Assembly: GCA_000092065.1 (NCBI GenBank)
Contig: CP000588.1
DNA length: 64,000 nucleotides
Strand: one strand, 5' to 3'
Origin: Ostreococcus lucimarinus
Taxonomy: Eukaryota
The position numbers were made by a program, and so were the translations under genes. Below the pieces are notes generated by a model. That model saw only the letters and a list, made by a program, of their open reading frames with translations. It was not told the origin of the DNA and made no database searches. Positions 61,382-64,000 of the stretch are shown here, in pieces (within the stretch, counting starts at the first letter, position 1; every line of letters begins with the position of its first letter).

Positions 61382-63396
61382 ACGATGCGTGGGCGGTCGA
61401 CGCCCACCTCGCCGCGTTCCATCGCGCGCTGCTGCCGGCCGACTGGTTCGCGAGCGGCGGCGGCGGTGCGAATACGACGGCGACGAGGTCGATGACGCAG
61501 GTCCCGTTGCGATTCGACAACGCACGAGAGTACGTGCGAACGTACGCCCCGTTCGTGCTCGCTGAGTGCGACGAACACGTGCGCAGACGAAGCGGCGAGG
61601 GGACGAGCGTGAAGGCGGAAGCGGCGCGCGCGGCGGAGCGGGACGAAGAGTTTCACGTCGTCGCGTTCGACGTGAGCGAAACCGATTCGGAACGACTCTC
61701 GGATAACGATTTAGTGCTACTGAGCAAGGAAGAGTTGACCGCGAAGGTGACGGAGGACGCGAGGTTGACGCACGCGCTCGCCGTCGTCGATGGCCGCGAA
61801 ATGAAAACTCGAGTGCGCCTTCGACTATACCTCCCAGATACAACAATGACGACGGAAGCGCGAGTGCATAGTGAGAGCGATTACAAGCGGTTTCGCACCG
61901 TTCGCAACGCGCTCACCGCGGTGAAGGGCGAGCGTTGGTTCCTGAAGAGTTTGGCAAACTTGTCCACGTTCACGCGCGAGTGGCTAGCGATTCACGCCTT
62001 TCCAGCGTTCCCCTACGCGGCGACGATTCTTAACGGCACTCCCGCGGCGGGCATCGGCGGTCCGTCTTCCGTCAACGCGTGGAGTATGCCCGACGGCTTG
62101 AAAACTTTCGTCGAGCGCTCTTGCAACGATTCGCAAATCAAGGCGTTAGAGAGCGCGTTAACGCGAGAGCCCTTGGTGCTCGTTCAAGGTGCTCCGGGGA
62201 CTGGGAAGACGCGCACGATCATTCCTCTGCTGTCCGTGCTGTTGCACTCCGTTCCGAGCACGTCTTCGAGGACGATCGTTGATTTTAAGGCGTACGCCAA
62301 GATGCGAGAGGCGCGCGTGGTAGCCACAGCTGAGGAGAAGCGCGAAGCTTGGATGCGCGCTTCGCCATGGTTGCGGACAACTAATCCGCGCGACGCACCA
62401 CCGCCACCGACGCTCGTGGCGGAGAAAGTGAGCGGATCGGTAAACGCCGAATCGAATGTGTCTCCGTCTTCCAAGCCGTCGAGCAATGGCGCCGTGAGAG
62501 TCGTCGCGCAAACATTGGGCGCCGACGCCTACAGACGATCAAAGATTCTCGTGTGTGCGCCGTCGAACGAGATTTTAGATGAAATCGTGTCGCTTATCAT
62601 CAAGACCGGTCTCGTCGACGGTAATGGCGAGACGTACTCACCGACTGTCGTCCGCGTTGGCGTAAACGTACACGACTCGGTGCGACAAGTCAGCATGGAT
62701 GCACTCGTTTCACAACGATTAGGAGAGTTGGGCGCACACGTTGATTCGGTGCGCAAATTCGAAGCGGCCGTCGAACGCGACAGGTTGAAACAGGCAATTT
62801 TGGACGAAGCGAACGTGGTGTGTAGTACGCTTTCATTTAGCGGCGCGGGTATGTTCGCCAGGATGTCTACGCCGTTCGACGCCGTCATAATCGACGAGGC
62901 TACGCTAGCGGTCGAGCCTTCAACGCTTGTACCGCTGTGCTACGGGGCGAAGCAAGTGTACTTGATCGGTGACGACCGAGAACTGGCTGCGACTGTCCTG
63001 AGCTCAGCCGCCGTCGAGTACAAGTACGACGTGTCCATGTTCAGCCGATTCCGTAAGTGCGATTATCCCGTGCACTCGCTCACTGCGGATAAGACGACAG
63101 GTAAGCGGAAATCAACGACGGCGTCTGAAAAGAAGCGCCACATGCACGATCCTCATTGGAGCGGCGCGGCGGAGTTTATTCGCACGAATGAGCTCAACAC
63201 CGCCGACGGAGGGTTCTCAAAAGAAGGTTTCCGTGACGAATTGATCGTAGAAAACACGAAGAAGGGTGAAGCCGTCGGTGGTGATGAAATGCTCGCGGAC
63301 GTCGAAGACGGCGACGATTCGAATCGCGACGCTTTCACCGACTCGCCGGACGAACCAGCGAAAAAGAAACAGACACGACGGTCGACGCGAGCGTAG
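61339..63396 (+). CDS. SF1 (UPF1/Sen1-like, AAA_11/AAA_12) helicase homolog lacking recognisable C-terminal motifs IV–VI, ~460 bp from the telomere
   Basis: ATG at 61339 gives MATTTTTTTTTTTTH, encoded by an (ACG)n run. The motifs are motif I LVLVQGAPGTGKTRTI, motif Ia ILVCAPSNEILDEI and motif II FDAVIIDEATLA, followed by QVYLIGDDRELAA. After DVSMFSRFRKCDYPVH the sequence no longer matches the RecA2 motifs (QYRMHP→KRHMHDPH, and there is no motif V or VI). The protein ends in an acidic/K-rich tail. Confidence 0.65.
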
Positions 63397-63862
63397 ATAT
63401 AGCAAATCGAAATAAATCAACGTGAAAAATTTTCGCGCAACGCACGCGATTCCTGCGTCGTCGTTCCCGCGACGAGGCACGCTCGGAAACACGCGCCGAA
63501 CAGTGCCATTTCTCGAGCGTTTTTTAGGGGTTTTCTCGTTTGTGTGATGTGACATTTTTTCCATTATTTTCACAGAGGACAAACTACGACTGGTCGTTTG
63601 TCGTCCAACACGAACACTGCAGAAGGAACTTTGACGCAAGAGTCCGGCGACGTCCGGCGCGTCGAGGGGGAAGTCTGCGGTGCCGTGCTGGTCGCCGAGT
63701 GATGGCCGTAGGGTGTCGTGCAGGTGCACAGGAAGGATGCGAATGCTAGTGACTTTTCGGGTTTTAGTACGACGCAGAGAACCTAGGGTTGGGTGTAATA
63801 AATGACTTAGCTAGTCGGTCGGTTACGGCACTTCTCCCGAAGCGCCTACCGAGACTCATGCG

Positions 63863-64000
63863 TAGGGTTTAGGGTTTAGGGTTTAGGGTTTAGGGTTTAG
63901 GGTTTAGGGTTTAGGGTTTAGGGTTTAGGGTTTAGGGTTTAGGGTTTAGGGTTTAGGGTTTAGGGTTTAGGGTTTAGGGTTTAGGGTTTAGGGTTTAGGG
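63863..64000 (+). repeat. telomere: about 19.7 copies of TTTAGGG running to the window end (G-strand 5'→3' toward the terminus, so this is a right chromosome end)
   Basis: Perfect heptamer periodicity is visible from ~63863 to 64000. Degenerate telomere-like fragments (ttttaggggtttt at ~63524, ctagggttggg at ~63783) lie in the 460-bp subtelomere. Confidence 0.95.

Noticed and set aside
63397-63862. Minus-strand ORF 63217–63729 in the subtelomere and possible subtelomeric gene
   Set aside because: It has no motifs and overlaps the helicase 3' end. It spans AT-richer non-coding sequence containing degenerate telomere-like fragments. It is more likely non-coding subtelomere.
1-64000. Prokaryotic or operon interpretation of the window (many intronless ORFs, EngB, FkbM, SlyD-like FKBP)
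   Set aside because: The terminal TTTAGGG telomere, the spliceosomal introns with GT…AG plus CTGAC branch points, and the eukaryote-only genes (kinesin, V-ATPase a, CWC15, RPL23A, ATAD3, proteasome beta, AP2) show this is nuclear eukaryotic DNA. The bacterial-type genes are ordinary organelle-targeted nuclear genes.

Overview
This window is the right end of a GC-rich (about 65–70% G+C) eukaryotic nuclear chromosome. It finishes in a (TTTAGGG)n telomere tract at 63863–64000, which is the plant/green-algal repeat type. Gene density is very high, roughly one gene per 1.4 kb, on both strands, with many head-to-head pairs sharing promoters under 170 bp. Most genes are single-exon. At least seven carry short introns (107–233 bp) with GTGCGY/GTACGC donors, a CTGAC branch point and YAG acceptors. 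I inferred each intron from frame jumps that rebuild conserved motifs. This looks like a compact prasinophyte-type green-algal nuclear genome (Mamiellophyceae, Micromonas/Ostreococcus-like). That assignment is inferred from composition, telomere type and gene content and is not proven. I can name about 40 genes. They include a kinesin, a trithorax-type PHD/SET methyltransferase, RAD54, NDUFA5, Tic20, an LHC-like protein, proteasome beta-1, V-ATPase subunit a, a carotenoid cleavage dioxygenase, CWC15, an Na+/H+ exchanger, RPL23A, an AP2 factor, an EngB GTPase, an SDR, an HPt protein, a PES-type acyltransferase, ATAD3, a CCHC zinc-knuckle protein and a subtelomeric SF1 helicase. Several features deserve a second look. 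Seven of the eight introns share sequence blocks, which suggests an introner-like element family. There is an unusual SlyD-type FKBP fused to a cyclophilin. There is an ABC-transporter homolog with a degenerate ATP site. Two diverged tandem paralogs encode an unknown protein family. A FAR1/MULE-type DNA-binding domain sits alone in a small gene. An SF1 helicase that appears to lack its last motifs sits about 460 bp from the telomere. A 12-bp coding tandem array encodes an (SPPP)n glycoprotein. Many long Arg- or Ser-rich ORFs in the supplied track are antisense or out-of-frame artefacts of the GC bias and I rejected them. The ORF track also uses GTG/TTG as start codons, so its 'M' is not always ATG. 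All coordinates I give for introns and start codons were counted by hand and may be off by 1–2 bp.
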